Assembly: GCA_977017575.1 (NCBI GenBank)
Contig: CDRNVI010000051.1
Coordinates: forward strand, 186,001 to 250,000
Direction of reading: 5' to 3'
DNA length: 64,000 bases
Origin: Paramoeba atlantica
Lineage: Eukaryota > Protista > Discosea
The translations under genes and the position numbers were made by a program. Shown in pieces: positions 1-12,835 of the stretch. The number at the start of each line of letters is the position of its first letter. The stretch's first letter is position 1. The notes below the pieces were generated by a model. It did not search any database. It saw only the letters and a list, made by a program, of their open reading frames with translations, and was not told the DNA's origin.

Positions 1-119
1 ACTCTAGGCATCCCTACGGATCTCATCTGTCTCTCGCATGGTCCCGGAGTGCCCTACCTCGAGACGGACAATGATATGGTAGTGGCGGAGAGCATATGGA
101 TGTCCCTCATGGTCCTTAA

Positions 120-1933
120 TCAGGCGTCTCCTTTCGAGCCCCACATTCGCGTATTCGACGGCACTGGGCAGGGGTCTTTCACACCCCGACGCACATATCG
201 GGCGACAAAATACCTTTCTTCTTGTGTCAAGCGCTGGGCATCACGCATGATTTTGCAAGTACGTGAACCCCTTTCGCAGCTGATGATGGGTCCGTCTGGT
301 GTTGCTTCCTCCCCACTGAGGGGCTCATTGATACAGTTTCTCAAAGACACAGTTCCTGTACCTTGTTGTACTTTTTCTCCTAGTTCATCTTTTCTCTCTC
401 GGAAACGGACATATTGTCACTATGCTCATGCCCGTTTCCGGATGGCGCTAGGAGAGGAACTGTCCCTCTTGTCACAAATTAGGGGTGCGCCTCCAAAGGC
501 GGAGGTGGCGGAGAAGGCGGAGGTGGCGGAGTGGCAAGAATTCAAAGTTTGATGCACATGGTGCTCAGACGGCGAGTTCAAACCCGCTCATCGCAATATT
601 CCCGGCAATATTCACTCTAAGAGGCTGGGCTGATAACCGACTAGGCCCAGTACTCGGAGGACCGTCCCGGACCCTCCCCTCAGGGAACCAGCTCCCTTAC
701 CCGGCTTACACCTCTTGGGGGTAAGCCGTGTTGACGTACAGTTCGTCGACGCAGCGTGTTGGTAACAGCACGTTGGTGCCACCTTGGACAAGCGGAATCT
801 GGTAGAGGACGTCGGCCTCGGAACTTCCAAATCTGTCTGTGAAGAGTCTGGCTTGCCAGTGACCATCCGGAGCAATCCGGAATGATTTGGATTTTTTTTT
901 GGTGTGCCTCCCTTTCTTCATCTCCCACCACCCTGCTGGGAACACGGTTCCGAGTCCCCATGCGCTGCAGGACCCTTCTACGGGACCACGCGGCGTGCCT
1001 TCCCCATCGCGCGGCACCGGTACTTCTGCGCGCAGGAGGCTTCCAAACGCTAGAAGTCTCCCACACAGCGAGCAAACACGTTGTATGCGTGTTCTAGCGG
1101 ATATTCCATGCACCTCTCTTGCTCACCAGCCGTGGCGGATTCTGTGGGACCCCGATGCCCATGATGCATCATGAATCATGACTCCATTTACCAGCATGCA
1201 TCCATGGCCCTGGCCATGCTGTATCATGAACTATGTTAGTCATTTGTAGCATGTACGATGGGAACATAATCCGCGTCCGACAAATCCGTATATCCTTCCT
1301 GGCGCACTGCGCTACACTGTTAAACCTTGGCGGGACACAGACCAATCGGCTCAAGTTCTACATAAAGTCACTTGCGGCGGCCGGAGCGGCAGTACCGATG
1401 CGTCAGATATTGCCTTTAACCCCAGGAACTCTGAACAAGTTGTGGAAGAGCTTGCCCCGCAGCGAAGGTCTTACCGTGGTGCTCTGCTGGAAGGCAGCAA
1501 GTCGTTGGGCGGAAACAGTAGCCCTCACGCGAGACAGATTCTGCAAAGTGAGGCCGGAAAGGATCGTCATATGGTAGGGACGGAACACCAAGACCTCGCG
1601 CCACAATCCGTACCTTGTTGTGCGTCCCAACGATAAATTCTACCACCATGTAAGTGATCAGTTGGGGGAAAGACAAAAGCATTTAACTTGAGCATACACC
1701 ACGATCGCAGCGTTCCTTTACTCCGCAAGTTACACCAGCTCGCGCGCCTGAGCCATATCGACGACCGGGAATGTGTTTTGGGTGCCGTTCGCCCGATCAT
1801 TTGTAGAGGAATTGTCAAAAGCGAGATTTTCGTTCGCTGGTGGCTGGCCCTGCCGGTAGCAGCAAGAGCTTATGACAAAGCCCCACCCAAACGGCCAATG
1901 AATCACACGAAGACCAACAAATGTGGCTTTTGA
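120..1933. mobile_element. Degenerate tyrosine-recombinase (DIRS/VIPER/TATE-like) retroelement remnant; YR on +, weak RT/RNaseH-like pieces on -
   Basis: 1233-1650(+) reads VLCWKAASRWAETVALTRDRF..RIVIW*GRNTKTSRHNP, resembling the catalytic-Arg box of VIPER/TATE YRs. The minus strand has ADVLYQIPL (RT-like) near 800-830 and FVARYV..DP..PS (RNaseH-like) near 150-210. Broken by stops and frameshifts. Confidence 0.5.
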
Positions 1934-2111
1934 AACCAATACGACATACGTCAAATCTCGCAAAGCACAACTACTCAGGGCTCTGAAAATATATTATATA
2001 TACATATTATATGTACAGTGAACGTTAACTGTATACATACAATACAGTGACAGTAACTTAATCGCAGGGAACTACCTATCAGCCGCCCACACGGTATACG
2101 GGCGCGGGCCC

Positions 2112-3880
2112 TCAAACGCTTGGCCTTCCGACAGAAAAGGAAGTCTCAGAAATGCTCTCGAGGCCAGTCCTCCCCTCCCCGGACGACGTGGTGAGGAAGG
2201 CCAAACGTATAGCCCTGCTCAGAGCGCCGGGCCCCACGGGCTGGACAAAGGAGCTAGCTGCTTGTGTCCTGGGAGAGGAGGACCCCAGAGAGTGCATCAC
2301 GTGGGTGGTCAAAGGTATTTTCACAAGCACTCTCCCTACGTGCCTGAGGGACATCCTGGCGGCTTCGAAGCTCAAACTCTTCGCGAAGCCGGGCGCCCCG
2401 AGCGGTCACTCCTCATCTATGCGTGCCCAATCGCCATGGGCGAGTTTTTTACGAAATTGACAAGATGGCTAGATCTAGAGCGTATTAGCGAAGCCCTGCC
2501 TTCCTTTTTCAATGGCTTGCAATTTGGAGCTAAACATTCTCTCGGTTGCGAATCCGTGATTTCCAACGCCAGAAACACCTTTAATAACTCGGAAGCCGGA
2601 GTCATAGGTGCAGCTGACCTAGAGAGCGCGTTCAACAGCATCAGTGCTGCTGTGTGATGATCACACGATCCTCGTTTTTAGTGCCGGTATGTTGGAGCAA
2701 CATGTTTGCCGACATTGCAGGGGTCGTATCCTTCTCCTACGGACCCCCCAGTAAAACCCACCTGGGCAATAACGTGGCTAATAAAAGCACCACGGGGGTA
2801 AGACAAGGGGACCACCACTCACCCATTCTTTTCTCCATTGGCATTCAGAAGTGTCTAGACGCGGTGGCGGCAGAATTCAAGCCAGATGTGCCCCCCTGGG
2901 CTTATCTGGACGACGTTATCTTGGCGCTCCCCCTCCCTTTGCGAGAAAACCCTGACTGGGCTAGAAAAGTAAACAAAAAGGATAGGGCATAAACTTAACA
3001 GCGCCAAATGCGTTGTAGCGACAAGGGAGCCGGAGGGCTTTGAGCCCTTCCGCGGTACCCGTATCCGGTCCCCTCATGGCCTGACTATACACTCTCCTCA
3101 TGGCTTGAAACTGTTAGGGGCGTACGCAACCGACGTAGCCGACGTTTTACGGACATGTTTACGGAAATGGGCTTGGGACTACATCCGGGACGTGGAGTGG
3201 GAGACCGCGGCAAGGCTGCGCTACCTCATGGCGCCGGTGTCTTCCCCCACAGCCCAATGCGCGTGTGGGATCTCTTTCCCTAATAAAGAGTTGGCTGTCC
3301 ACGCTCTGGACTGCAAACCGGTAAAGGCCGTACACAGGCATCCCGACATAAATTGGTCAAGGATGCCTTCCGCAACCTCCTAACCCTGGACGGGTACAAC
3401 CCCGATCTCAACGAGCCACAATTTGACAATGGAAAGGGGCCGGATGTGTGTCTCCAACTGGGGTCCCGTCTTGCCCTGCTGGACATCACGGTCATCAACC
3501 CCCTCGCACCGTCTTACGTCGCCAAGGAGGCGGGAGCCCCAGGGTTCTCTTTACGCCTCGCGGAGGGCAAGAAGACCTCAACCCATGCCCCGAAAGCAGC
3601 GGTGAGAAATATTCTATTTTACCCCCTGGCTTTTACGACTTTCGGGGCATGGGTTGAGGTCTTCTTGCCCTCCGCGAGGCATAAAGAGAACCCACACATT
3701 AAAGTTCCTACGGAAGGTCGCGGGTACTCAAAAGGAGGATCCCGCGGGTTGTTTCAGACATTTGCTGATGGCCATGGGGGCTACCACTCAAAAAGGTAAT
3801 GCGCAGATGGTGCAGGCAGCTATTCAAGGGTGGTAGCCTATCGGGGTTAGATAATCTGCGTCGGGAGATGAATAAAAAAA
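2112..3880 (+). mobile_element. CRE/SLACS-clade non-LTR retrotransposon pseudogene (RT + CCHC + restriction-like endonuclease)
   Basis: Across frameshifted ORFs: APGPTGWT, QFG..GCE, DLESAFNSI, GVRQGD..SPILF, AYLDDV, KLLGA, CACG..HALDC, GPDV..LLDITVINP, AEGKK, FYPLAFTTFGAW; ends in an A-run (gaataaaaaaa) at about 3870-3880. Confidence 0.85.
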
Positions 3881-3884
3881 CGGA

Positions 3885-4330
3885 CTGCGACCGGACTCCT
3901 GCTCTCAACGCATCGGATCCCCGAAGAAGAAACGCCGAAGACAAATGCTACGGAGCAATTAGAAGCGGTAGACGGCTCCATGGAACCGGAACTGGTGATT
4001 TCCAAGCAGGAGTAACTGAGTCAGTCAATTGCCGAAGAGGAATTGCTAACAGAATATGCCCACGACTGCAAAGTTGCGAAATACTCCAGAATCTGGAGTG
4101 CAGATTATATCACACACGGAAACTGCAACACCTATGCACGTTTGACTTGATTTCCGAGGTGGGTGCTAGGGGGAAACTCGCTAGCTCCATTCGACCGCTC
4201 AAATCTCTTTTTATGGGAGACAACCATCTTGTTTTTGGGTGTTGAAAGGAAATGATGAGAAGTGCCCAGCGTGGCAGCTTCATCATATTCAAAAAACGCG
4301 ACTTAAAGACTTGGAACAGTGAACCACGGT
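3885..4330 (+). mobile_element. C-terminal RLE fragment of a second LINE family
   Basis: PELVI..CKVAKY then (frameshift) ISEVGARG..EMMRSAQRGSFIIFKKRD; homologous to 12434-12727. Confidence 0.55.
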
Positions 4331-5461
4331 TCGCTGAGGTCGCCTAAAATTAAATTGATAACACGCTTTCTGTGCGCGTGTTCTGGACATTTGTTTTCCT
4401 GGATCTATTTATAAACGATCTCTTCACTTTAAGTGTATGACAAATAGATTGATAAACACACGCCCTGATCTTCAAATGCATACCTTAAGTGCATATCTTT
4501 AAAAGATTGCAAATATAAGTCAAGGAGGACCAGCTTATCGAGTATCTATCCCCACAAGACCTATCCCCATACATGTACCTACATGTTTCGTATCATACAT
4601 AATCACCAATCATGCTTCTTGCTCGTACTTACATACGAGTGATATCTGCGTACAACTATGTCGAGAATTCCAATTCAATTTATTCCATTCTGCGACATCA
4701 AAGTCGCCGACAAGCTCCTTGTTATTCGTAAAAAATATTTCCTTCATTGTCTCCGGAAGCTTGCCAAACAAAAGTCGGGTAAGTTTATTCGAACTGACAT
4801 CAACAATTGATAACCAGTACTACTTGGAAAGCTTGGCTTCGCACTTAAGGCCTATTATCGGCACCTCTGCAAGCAACGTAAAAGTAAACTATGAGAAAGT
4901 TCAGCAGCAAGACCCGCTAATGAATGAAAGGTTAAGCGCATCATTTTCTTTATCATGGATTTTATTTATATTGTAAGATAACTGAACGGAAAGGAGATAA
5001 ATAAAGGAAGATAATGGGGGACAGATAACGGGGATCATGAACGCTATAAAACATGATCATAGGGAACAAGAAAATTCAAAAGTCACACGAAAAAACCGAA
5101 AATAATTTATTTTTAACAATAAACGAGCCCCCCCTTTAGGTGGAATAAAGACCTCTCACGCGGGGCTTCAAAACAGTGCTTTTACCAAAGAGGCCCTGAA
5201 CCTCCTTAACAGGCATCCACTCCTACCTAACACATTGATCCTTTTCAACATCTGATTTAGGAACGCAACGTGGAAAAGATTTATTGCTAGGAAAATGGGA
5301 AAAAGAATCATTAGGGATTGTTATACATTAGGGATTGTTGTATCTTGAATGTTCAGTTGAAATATTAGAGACCGCAACGTGCAACTTTGTTTACTGCGGA
5401 ATAAACTTAGTCCAGAAACAGGGAGAAATCTCGTGGCTTGCAGATCCAGAGGTTACGCGTA

Positions 5462-7003
5462 CTGTGACCTCACCCCCCTTAATATTGACAGGGGGTATCC
5501 CCCCCTTTATTATGGACAAATCCGACCGGGCGCCGCGGAGCGGCATTTTTTTTTTGTCGCATCCATTTTTCTGTTTTTTTGGGTATCTGTAGCTATGTAA
5601 TTTTCTCAGCTTTCACATAGTTTGTCATGTATAATTCAGACATTTTTCAACCTAATGAAAACCGTGAAAGGACCCTTAACCCCTTAGATTAAGGCAACAC
5701 CCCCAAAGCCACAGGTAGGTAATCCAACAATATTGATTACCAATGAGCGCAATGCCCACGCTTCTTTAGATATCCACGTAAAGGAGAAAAGGGGACGAAC
5801 TGAGCTTAATATACGAGAAGCGCGAAAAAAAATGCTTTTTTTGGATTTTCTCTCGGTAAAAAGAATCCGAGAAAAATACGGAATTTCGCGAAGCGGAATA
5901 TATGAAATCCGTAGCCACGGTATCAGCTACTTTCAGAAACTCATTGATCGTTCCATGGGGAACAACCACAGGAATCGTGCTTTCAACGTTCGAGGAGGCG
6001 ACTACAATGATCCCGAAGCAGTCTGCTACAATAAGTCTGAGGCAATGGAACGGGTACACCGCTCCTGCGTTCAAGCCTCCTCGTTATGGTGTCCCCTCAC
6101 CAGAAATATCGTCATCGACATGATCCGACAAAATACGGGATTGACTTTAATTAGTGTTTTGGAAGACACTTATGCGAAGTTCAGACAGTACTATGGAGCT
6201 AATGCGGGCTCCACTTGGTAAGCAATCTGTGAAACTTGCTTTTTTTGGTTCCCGTGGAGAGCAAGCTCACACGCAAAAATATCTCAAAAACATGGCGACC
6301 ATGCGTTCCCGGTACTCTGTCTCATCGTCCTGCCCTCACTGAAGAGCTTCACGATGAGCAAATAATTGACAGTCAAGATTGTTTAGGGCAACTAATGCTT
6401 CATCCAGACAATGACCGCGGGGACATGGACGCAGAGGGGTGGGATCAGTCAGTAGCGTACGCTGATACTTTCGAATTGTAAAAGGACTGTTGTTTTATCT
6501 TGTTATGATAAGTTTACGTGGATTTTTTCCCGTGATCTCTTAACGTTGGTTTTGTTTTTTCCCGTCGTGAACGTAATTTCTTTCTTTCCATCTTTAGTTC
6601 ATTTGTGTGAAACTTTGTATGAGTAGGAAGTCTGGGCTCGATTTTTACGTTAGAACATCTACAATTTAACTGAATGGAACCTTTATAGCTACACGGAATA
6701 TAGAGCTGAATGTTAATTTTCTATTCCTAATTATAGTGTACATCAATAATGCATATCCTCCATGTGCCCTTCAGCCTTATGAAGAAGTGCCCCTTCACCC
6801 TTCATCGACGCCCTCCTCTCCCGCCCTCTTTTTCTGCTCTCCCCGCCCTCGCTCCTGGACATGAATTTTACAATTTAGATTTTTTGCCGTATTATGAGTA
6901 AACGAAGCGGCGCCAAATTTTGTTTTACACCCCTTTCATCGCTCCCCCCTTTATTATGGACAAAAGCCGAAAAAGTGTCCATAATAAAGGGGGGGGGGCA
7001 CAG
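5462..7003 (+). mobile_element. Internally deleted pogo-like DNA transposon (TA-flanked, CTGTG..CACAG ends)
   Basis: TA at 5460-61 and 7004-05; imperfect TIRs CTGTG(A)CCCCCCTT.AT.(T/G)GACA. ORF 5733-6221 holds the HTH region and is near-identical to 27142-27765(-). DDE region absent. Confidence 0.85.
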
Positions 7004-7025
7004 TAAGTGATTAAACATCTCCAAA

Positions 7026-7381
7026 ATGAGCCTACCGCGATCAACACGAAACCTTTTCAGACTATGTGGCTACATTAGACATCTATGCACAATTTTAGGT
7101 ATAGCACCTCGCGAAACGGGAGCCATCACTCGAATTCAAAGTCACATGGGGCAGTTAATCGACTGGGATGGCATAAATGTTTCCATAAAGGCTTTTCGCA
7201 CGATCCGGGTGTAGACTCGGTAGTCAAAGAGACGAGTGAATATAAAGGCCTACTCATTGTTTGTGACATACCCAGCGATGAGAATTTGGCGGACATCGGA
7301 ACTGGCCCTGACAGATTCTTTTCAATCTCGGAACGGATTACACGAGAAAAAGATACGTGGAACGGCCTTCTCGCGGCATGA
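7026..7381 (+). mobile_element. Ty1/copia-like RNase H remnant
   Basis: YIRHLCTILGI..LIDWDG..KAFRTIRV, then frameshift to LIVCDIPSDENLADIGT; cf. copia WLRxLLxELG..D..RxKHIDV..VPSxENLADILTK. Confidence 0.5.
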
Positions 7382-7412
7382 TTAAATTATCTAAAAGCAG
7401 TCACTGTATATA

Positions 7413-8969
7413 CAGGGGTGGGCGCCTTCAGAGTGGGGGGTCTAAAATTCGTAAAACTTGACCAATTTTGGAAAGTAATAGCGCATTCGAGAGCTCTCAA
7501 ATAGTCTGGTGTAATGGCAACATCCGTTTCCCGTTTTTAGACATTCGAGATAAATGACAGAAAAACAAGGAATTTATTTTTCCCCGAAGATGCAATTTTT
7601 CACTTTTTTTGGCTTTTTTTAGGTTTTTTGCGCCGTTAATGCCTCAGAAACGTGTACGATATCGAACATCACGGTTTCCCTTCCAGAGAGATGCTTATTC
7701 ACCACCTGGGAAGGTAAGGCCGTCGCATCGCATGCTTCTCGTAGACCATTACTTTCGTTCTGGGTCCTACAATGCTACAGCACGCCACTTTGAAGTAGCG
7801 GAGAGCACTGTGAAGCGATGGGTCATTCGTTACAGCGAAACTGGTGATGTCGAAAGCATTCCCAGACGTCTGAATTTTACAGTTAGGACATCACTGTTTA
7901 TCGGAGAAGCACTCCGCATAGTAGATGAGGGTACACGGGATCTTCCTTATGGTGTGGAATCATGGTGCGCTCTACATCGCGAACTTCTATCTAGAGGGTT
8001 TCAGTGTTCCAGACGCACTTTGGCTCGAGCTTTGAAGCCCGATATTATCCTCCGCGTAGTTCAGCGTAAACCACGACTAACCCAACAGCATAAAGACGTT
8101 AGAGTCCGATTCTGTAAGGACATGTCGGGCTGGAGCGAACACCAGCTTGATAATATTATTTGGTGTGATGAGAAAAAGTTTACCTGCAAGAAGTCTACCA
8201 AAAACACCTACCTTTGCCGACGGTCCGGCCCTGTAAAAGAGCAGCTAGGTGAGCTGGAAGCGTGGGTAGGGGGCGATGGTATAATGGTGTGGATGGGGGT
8301 AAGCATAAAGCATGGATTTCATCTGCACATTTTTCCTAATAGAGATGAGCAGGGAAATAGAGTTACTGTGAACGGGGCTGTTTTCGAAGCTGCCATGACC
8401 AAGCGTAATGGTCTTTTGAACTACCTACACAGGCACCGTGCAGTTGTTGCTATGGACAATTGCCCTGCGCACAACTTGGCAAGGCGTACTTTTCAGCAGC
8501 AAAACGTGCGAACGCTCCCCTGGCCCGCAAAGTCACCGGATCTCAACCCCATCGAAAACTTGTGGAATATCATGGATCAGCACAAGGATCGCATGCGACC
8601 ACGTAATCGCGCAGATCTCCTCTCTTCTATCGAGAGTGCATACGAGGCACTTCAAACCGATCTCAAAAGTACTTGCGTGAAGACCATAAAGAGTGTCTCC
8701 AAGCGCTTTCAAATCGTTATTGAGAAAAAAGGGGGAAATTGTGGGTACTGAGATTTTTTTTGGAAAAAAAGGACTTTTTCGCTTAAAAAATAAAGTTGCA
8801 ATTCGTGTTTGGGACCATTCTAGCTTTCTTTGATTCCCGTAAACTTTCGCAGAGTGCTTTTTACGATTACACCAGACTATTTGAGAGCTCTCGAATGCGC
8901 TATTACTTTCCAAAATTGAACAAGTTTTACGAATTTTAGACCCCTCCACTCTGAAGGTGCCCACCCATG
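7413..8969 (+). mobile_element. Complete Tc1/mariner-IS630 element with ~103-bp TIRs and TA TSD
   Basis: TIRs 7413-7515 and 8866-8969 (CAGGGGTGGGCGCCTTCAGAGTGG.. / ..CCACTCTGAAGGTGCCCACCCATG); TA at 7411-12 and 8970-71. Confidence 0.95.
7639..8751 (+). CDS. Tc1/IS630-family DDE transposase, uninterrupted (370 aa from ATG 7639)
   Basis: N-terminal HTH (ATARHFEVAESTVKRWV), IWCDEKKF, MDNCPAH, WPAKSPDLNPIENLW. Confidence 0.93.
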   Translation: MPQKRVRYRTSRFPFQRDAYSPPGKVRPSHRMLLVDHYFRSGSYNATARHFEVAESTVKRWVIRYSETGDVESIPRRLNFTVRTSLFIGEALRIVDEGTRDLPYGVESWCALHRELLSRGFQCSRRTLARALKPDIILRVVQRKPRLTQQHKDVRVRFCKDMSGWSEHQLDNIIWCDEKKFTCKKSTKNTYLCRRSGPVKEQLGELEAWVGGDGIMVWMGVSIKHGFHLHIFPNRDEQGNRVTVNGAVFEAAMTKRNGLLNYLHRHRAVVAMDNCPAHNLARRTFQQQNVRTLPWPAKSPDLNPIENLWNIMDQHKDRMRPRNRADLLSSIESAYEALQTDLKSTCVKTIKSVSKRFQIVIEKKGGNCGY

Positions 8970-10061
8970 TATGGACAGAGGCAGCTATGACTAAAAACGA
9001 TCCGCATTATACAGTATACGATCATGCGTACCCTTTGTGTTTCTTGTACGTTGTCTTGCTCTTGTAAAACAAAAGCACGTGATTTGGCGAGGAGGTGAAC
9101 CAAACGTACTAAACAATGTCGAAGCATAAGAGTATTACAAAATTTTCTCAGAAAAACCAAGGTCTAACATACTATGCGGAAAAAGAGCACGAAATTATCA
9201 AATACAGCACAAAACATATTGAATTTGTTTTTTAAAAACATGCATAATCATTGCACATAACTATTAGGGCGCGATATAGTACCTCCAAATGCTAAACATT
9301 TTTCTGCTAAATGCGGTGCCATTCTCCTCCTTGGAACCCTCCCAATGGGGGCCTTGGTGGAGCTGGTGTCCTGGTATCCCGAGAGCGCTCGGGGAGTCCA
9401 AGAGGGGTACAACATAACAAGTACACCTACAGTGTACTAGACACAGACAAAAAACGCAAAATGCGATCCTGCAGTACATACCCGTAGAGGTCTCTACTCA
9501 TCGAGGGGGCATCCGACCTCAGTCTCCGACAGGAAGTGAGCATAACACCCCCTCTGGGGTAGTAATGCATCACTTCAAAATGACTCAAAAACACTCTTTA
9601 CAATAATTAGGATTCTTTTTTCGAAAATACTAAAAATTTGGCGCAAAACCGATTCCCTTTCACCTAACAATTTACTAATTTTTGATTTACGAATTATAGT
9701 TGCACTACTAATTTTGTGCGCTGTGAGTATTTTCCAAGCAACAAAAACCAAAAATGATAAAAAAACTTCGATTGCAACTTCGGTCAATTCCACTGAAAAT
9801 TTGTTCCATCACACAAGTAGGCGCTCGTAAAAGTGAGACCTCATAAAAATATGTTCTGTGCACTTGGGTTGACACTGAGTAAAATTACAGAAAATCCCAC
9901 ATACGAAGATATCGAATGACTCGTAATTGAATCTATTTTTAGTTTAGTCTTTAATTTGCGTGATGGTACATGTACTTCTTTAAAAAATAGAGGTCCATTT
10001 TTTATGTTAGGTATGTATTGTATTCATACATTGATTTTAGAATGTTCGGCTTGTTTCCTAA

Positions 10062-10570
10062 AGCTTCTGATTTTCTTGTCTGCGTTTTTTACAACACACT
10101 TGTATGAGTAAATCTGGTGGAAGTGAATCCCCTAAAAAGCCTGTGTGGTACCCAACAAAAATTTCTGAAAAGTAAAGAGAAAGTGAAAAAAACAGAAATT
10201 GAACTCAAAATGGTGTGCACCCCCTAGGCCCACCTGAAGCCTACTCCCTAACACCGCGACGGTACCAATCATGTACCACCTGTACCAATCTTGTAACTCG
10301 AAAAGGCGAAAAAGGAGTTCGAATCCGAGTATACGGATCTCAACTCCATTTTTCATACATTGATGGATTGTTTGATTTATTTATTTATTCCACAAAGCTT
10401 CTCATTTTCTTGTGTACGTTTTTTACAACGCATGAGTAAATCTGAAGGAGGTGAATCCTCCCAAAAAGCTGTGTGGCCCTCAGCAAAATTTCTAGAAAGT
10501 AAAGAGAAAGTCAAGAACACAGAAATTGAGCCAAAAAGTGCGAAAAAGGAGTTGGAGTCGAGTACACAGA
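10062..10570 (+). repeat. Diverged direct repeat pair, period about 330 bp
   Basis: atgagtaaatctg..aaagtaaagagaaagt..acagaaattga..cgaaaaaggagtt occurs at about 10062-10335 and again at about 10397-10570. Confidence 0.65.
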
Positions 10571-11272
10571 TGTTGACCCCTTTTCGATCACGGCAAAAAG
10601 TATTTCAATAGAGGTGAACACGGAGAGCCTTGAAACATTTTTTGCGTCCTTCGTAAAGATAGTGAAAATGATGAGTCTGTCTAACAGTTCAACGCCCGAA
10701 ATGCTATGGTGGGTTTGGTCTTCTGTCTGCCGCTGCACATCATTGTGGCCTGAAAGTAGGAAAAGGACAACGTAGGTAGGGGGAAGAAAGTCGGTAGCGA
10801 AAAGGCTTAAGGGGAAAGTAAGTGAGGGGAAAAAGGATAAGCAGCAAGTAGGAAATCAGAGCGTTGTTGAGAAACAGTTGTTCAAAAATTAAGCTTTTCA
10901 GACGTGCTTAAAACTTTAAACGTGCTGATGCCGCTTGATGCGCGTTCATCTAAAGGGAGAGAGCAAAAAACGGAAGAAACGGGATTAAAATTGGTACCGT
11001 TTCAAAGGATTAGTTTTTTACTGGGTAAATAGAATGGGAAAATTGCCTCTTCGCGGCAGAATGCATTCTCTTCTAAAGCAACGCTAATAGGACGGGCAAC
11101 GCTAGGATAGGGGGAATAGCATGTATGTGGAGATTGACAATTATAAGTGCTTTTGGTATCATTAAGAAAAACGTGTAAACGACGTATAAAGGGGGGTCAT
11201 ATAGTATTACGGGAACTTCACAGTAATAATTGAGTACACTTTTTCGTTTGTGTGGAAGGAAAATTCGCTTAA

Positions 11273-12199
11273 TTATTTGAAAATTACTTTTGTACCTTGC
11301 GTAATGAGGTCGTCCAATAACTTAGGAAGTATGGAACGGTTAATTTCACCTTCAAGTTCATTATTATCCACGAAGAATAGTCGTGTCATTTGTGGTGGGA
11401 GCTTATCGAAAAATACTTTTCCGCTGAAAAGGTTATTCTCGCACTCCAGCACCTCCAACGAAGCGGGTAGATGCCGCAAATCTAGCGTTCCGAAAAATTG
11501 ATTGTTTGATAATATTAGCCAAGTGACAGAGGGCAAGCTACTTAGATTAACATTACCTGTAAATGCGTTATCCGAAAGGTCTAATGATACGAAGTTCGCT
11601 GGGAATTGACTCAAATCTACCTCTCCCGACAAATCATTCTCCTGGACCCACAGCTCTTGCATATTTTGCGGTAAGTTACATAAGTCCACGCCACCTGTAA
11701 ACGCATTCCCCCCTAATTGGAAAATGCGAAGCGAGGACGGAAGGCTATCCAATTTCACCTCTCCACTAAGCCTATTTTCATACAAATAGCAGTTCTCGAG
11801 CGTTCGTGGGAGATAATCCCAGGCTGGGGAACCCGTCATGGGAATCCCCAGCATGCCCTGTCCCGCCATTCTCCCATAGGGGGACCAATCCATTAGCGTC
11901 ACACGCTCGCCGTGCTCACAGGCAATACCCTCCCACTCACACGCGGGGGTGTCCGTGTTCCAGCTCGACGGTTTCCCTCCCCTACGCCGAGGGGGTTCAT
12001 GCCGGTGAAACGGAATCGTAATATTCTCCACGAAACGCGAGAGCTCGTACTCTTGGGGTAGCTGCGCTCCTCGTACCTTACCGAGCGCGGCTCCCGACGT
12101 TTCGTCACTTGTAACCTTCTCTACGGTTTTGCGTCGTTTTCGAGGGGGTAACGGCGTGTCAGAGAGCTGCACAGGACAGGTGATGGGGAGGGGGTTCAT
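11273..12199 (-). CDS. LRR protein (plant-type LRRNT-like cap plus 23-aa LRRs)
   Basis: LGKVRGAQLPQEYELSRF, WNTDTPACEWEGIAC, repeats LPxxLxxxxLxxNxLSGEVxLxx. Confidence 0.9.
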   Translation of the reverse strand: MNPLPITCPVQLSDTPLPPRKRRKTVEKVTSDETSGAALGKVRGAQLPQEYELSRFVENITIPFHRHEPPRRRGGKPSSWNTDTPACEWEGIACEHGERVTLMDWSPYGRMAGQGMLGIPMTGSPAWDYLPRTLENCYLYENRLSGEVKLDSLPSSLRIFQLGGNAFTGGVDLCNLPQNMQELWVQENDLSGEVDLSQFPANFVSLDLSDNAFTGNVNLSSLPSVTWLILSNNQFFGTLDLRHLPASLEVLECENNLFSGKVFFDKLPPQMTRLFFVDNNELEGEINRSILPKLLDDLITQGTKVIFK

Positions 12200-12433
12200 A
12201 AGAGGTGTAAATCAGAGGATACGGTGTCTATTCGATAATGCTTGGGAAGGGAATTCTGTCAAATCTAGAGCGATAGGAAAAATCGCACTCGTGTACGTTC
12301 TGCTGTGGTAGAGTGAGGCCAACGGCACAAGTAGTTGAGAAACATACACCCCTAGTCAGCTTAGTTATCCCTGCTACAGGTATTGCATCTGATTCTAATT
12401 AACTCTCATAAGTCTCATTAATATAACCCTCCC

Positions 12434-12727
12434 TTGAAATCGCAGTGTCACTTTGACCTCACCCATTACAAGAATCCACCAAACTGGCTGAGGAGAAGTA
12501 AGAGTGAGACGTACAATTCCCTTCTCCACGAGCAGCGCATAACTAACCCCGACTGTCACGCGATCGCCTTCGAGATAGGCGCACGTGACTTCCCGAATAG
12601 TACATGCGGCTATCTAAACGCAGTTTTCAAGGGAGATAGCCAGCTGGCAAGAAGATGTCGCGAGGAGATGATGCAGATGGCGGGCAGAGCAAGCTATATC
12701 ATCTGGTCTCGCCGAAATGAGGCGTAA
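12434..12727 (+). mobile_element. C-terminal RLE fragment of LINE (second family)
   Basis: KSETYNSL..FEIGARD..AGRASYIIWSRR, matching KxxKYxxL..EVGARG..SxxIWxxR. Confidence 0.7.
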
Positions 12728-12835
12728 TGGACACCGGAAGGCGGTGTTTCAGCTTAGGAAAAAGTGGATAATATTTAATTAATTGTTTGCGGGTACAACC
12801 ACATAAATACTTTGCATTAAAATAAATGCATGAAC

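Noticed and set aside
5305-5340. TTAGGG telomeric seeds
   Set aside because: Two isolated hexamers within a short local duplication; not an array.
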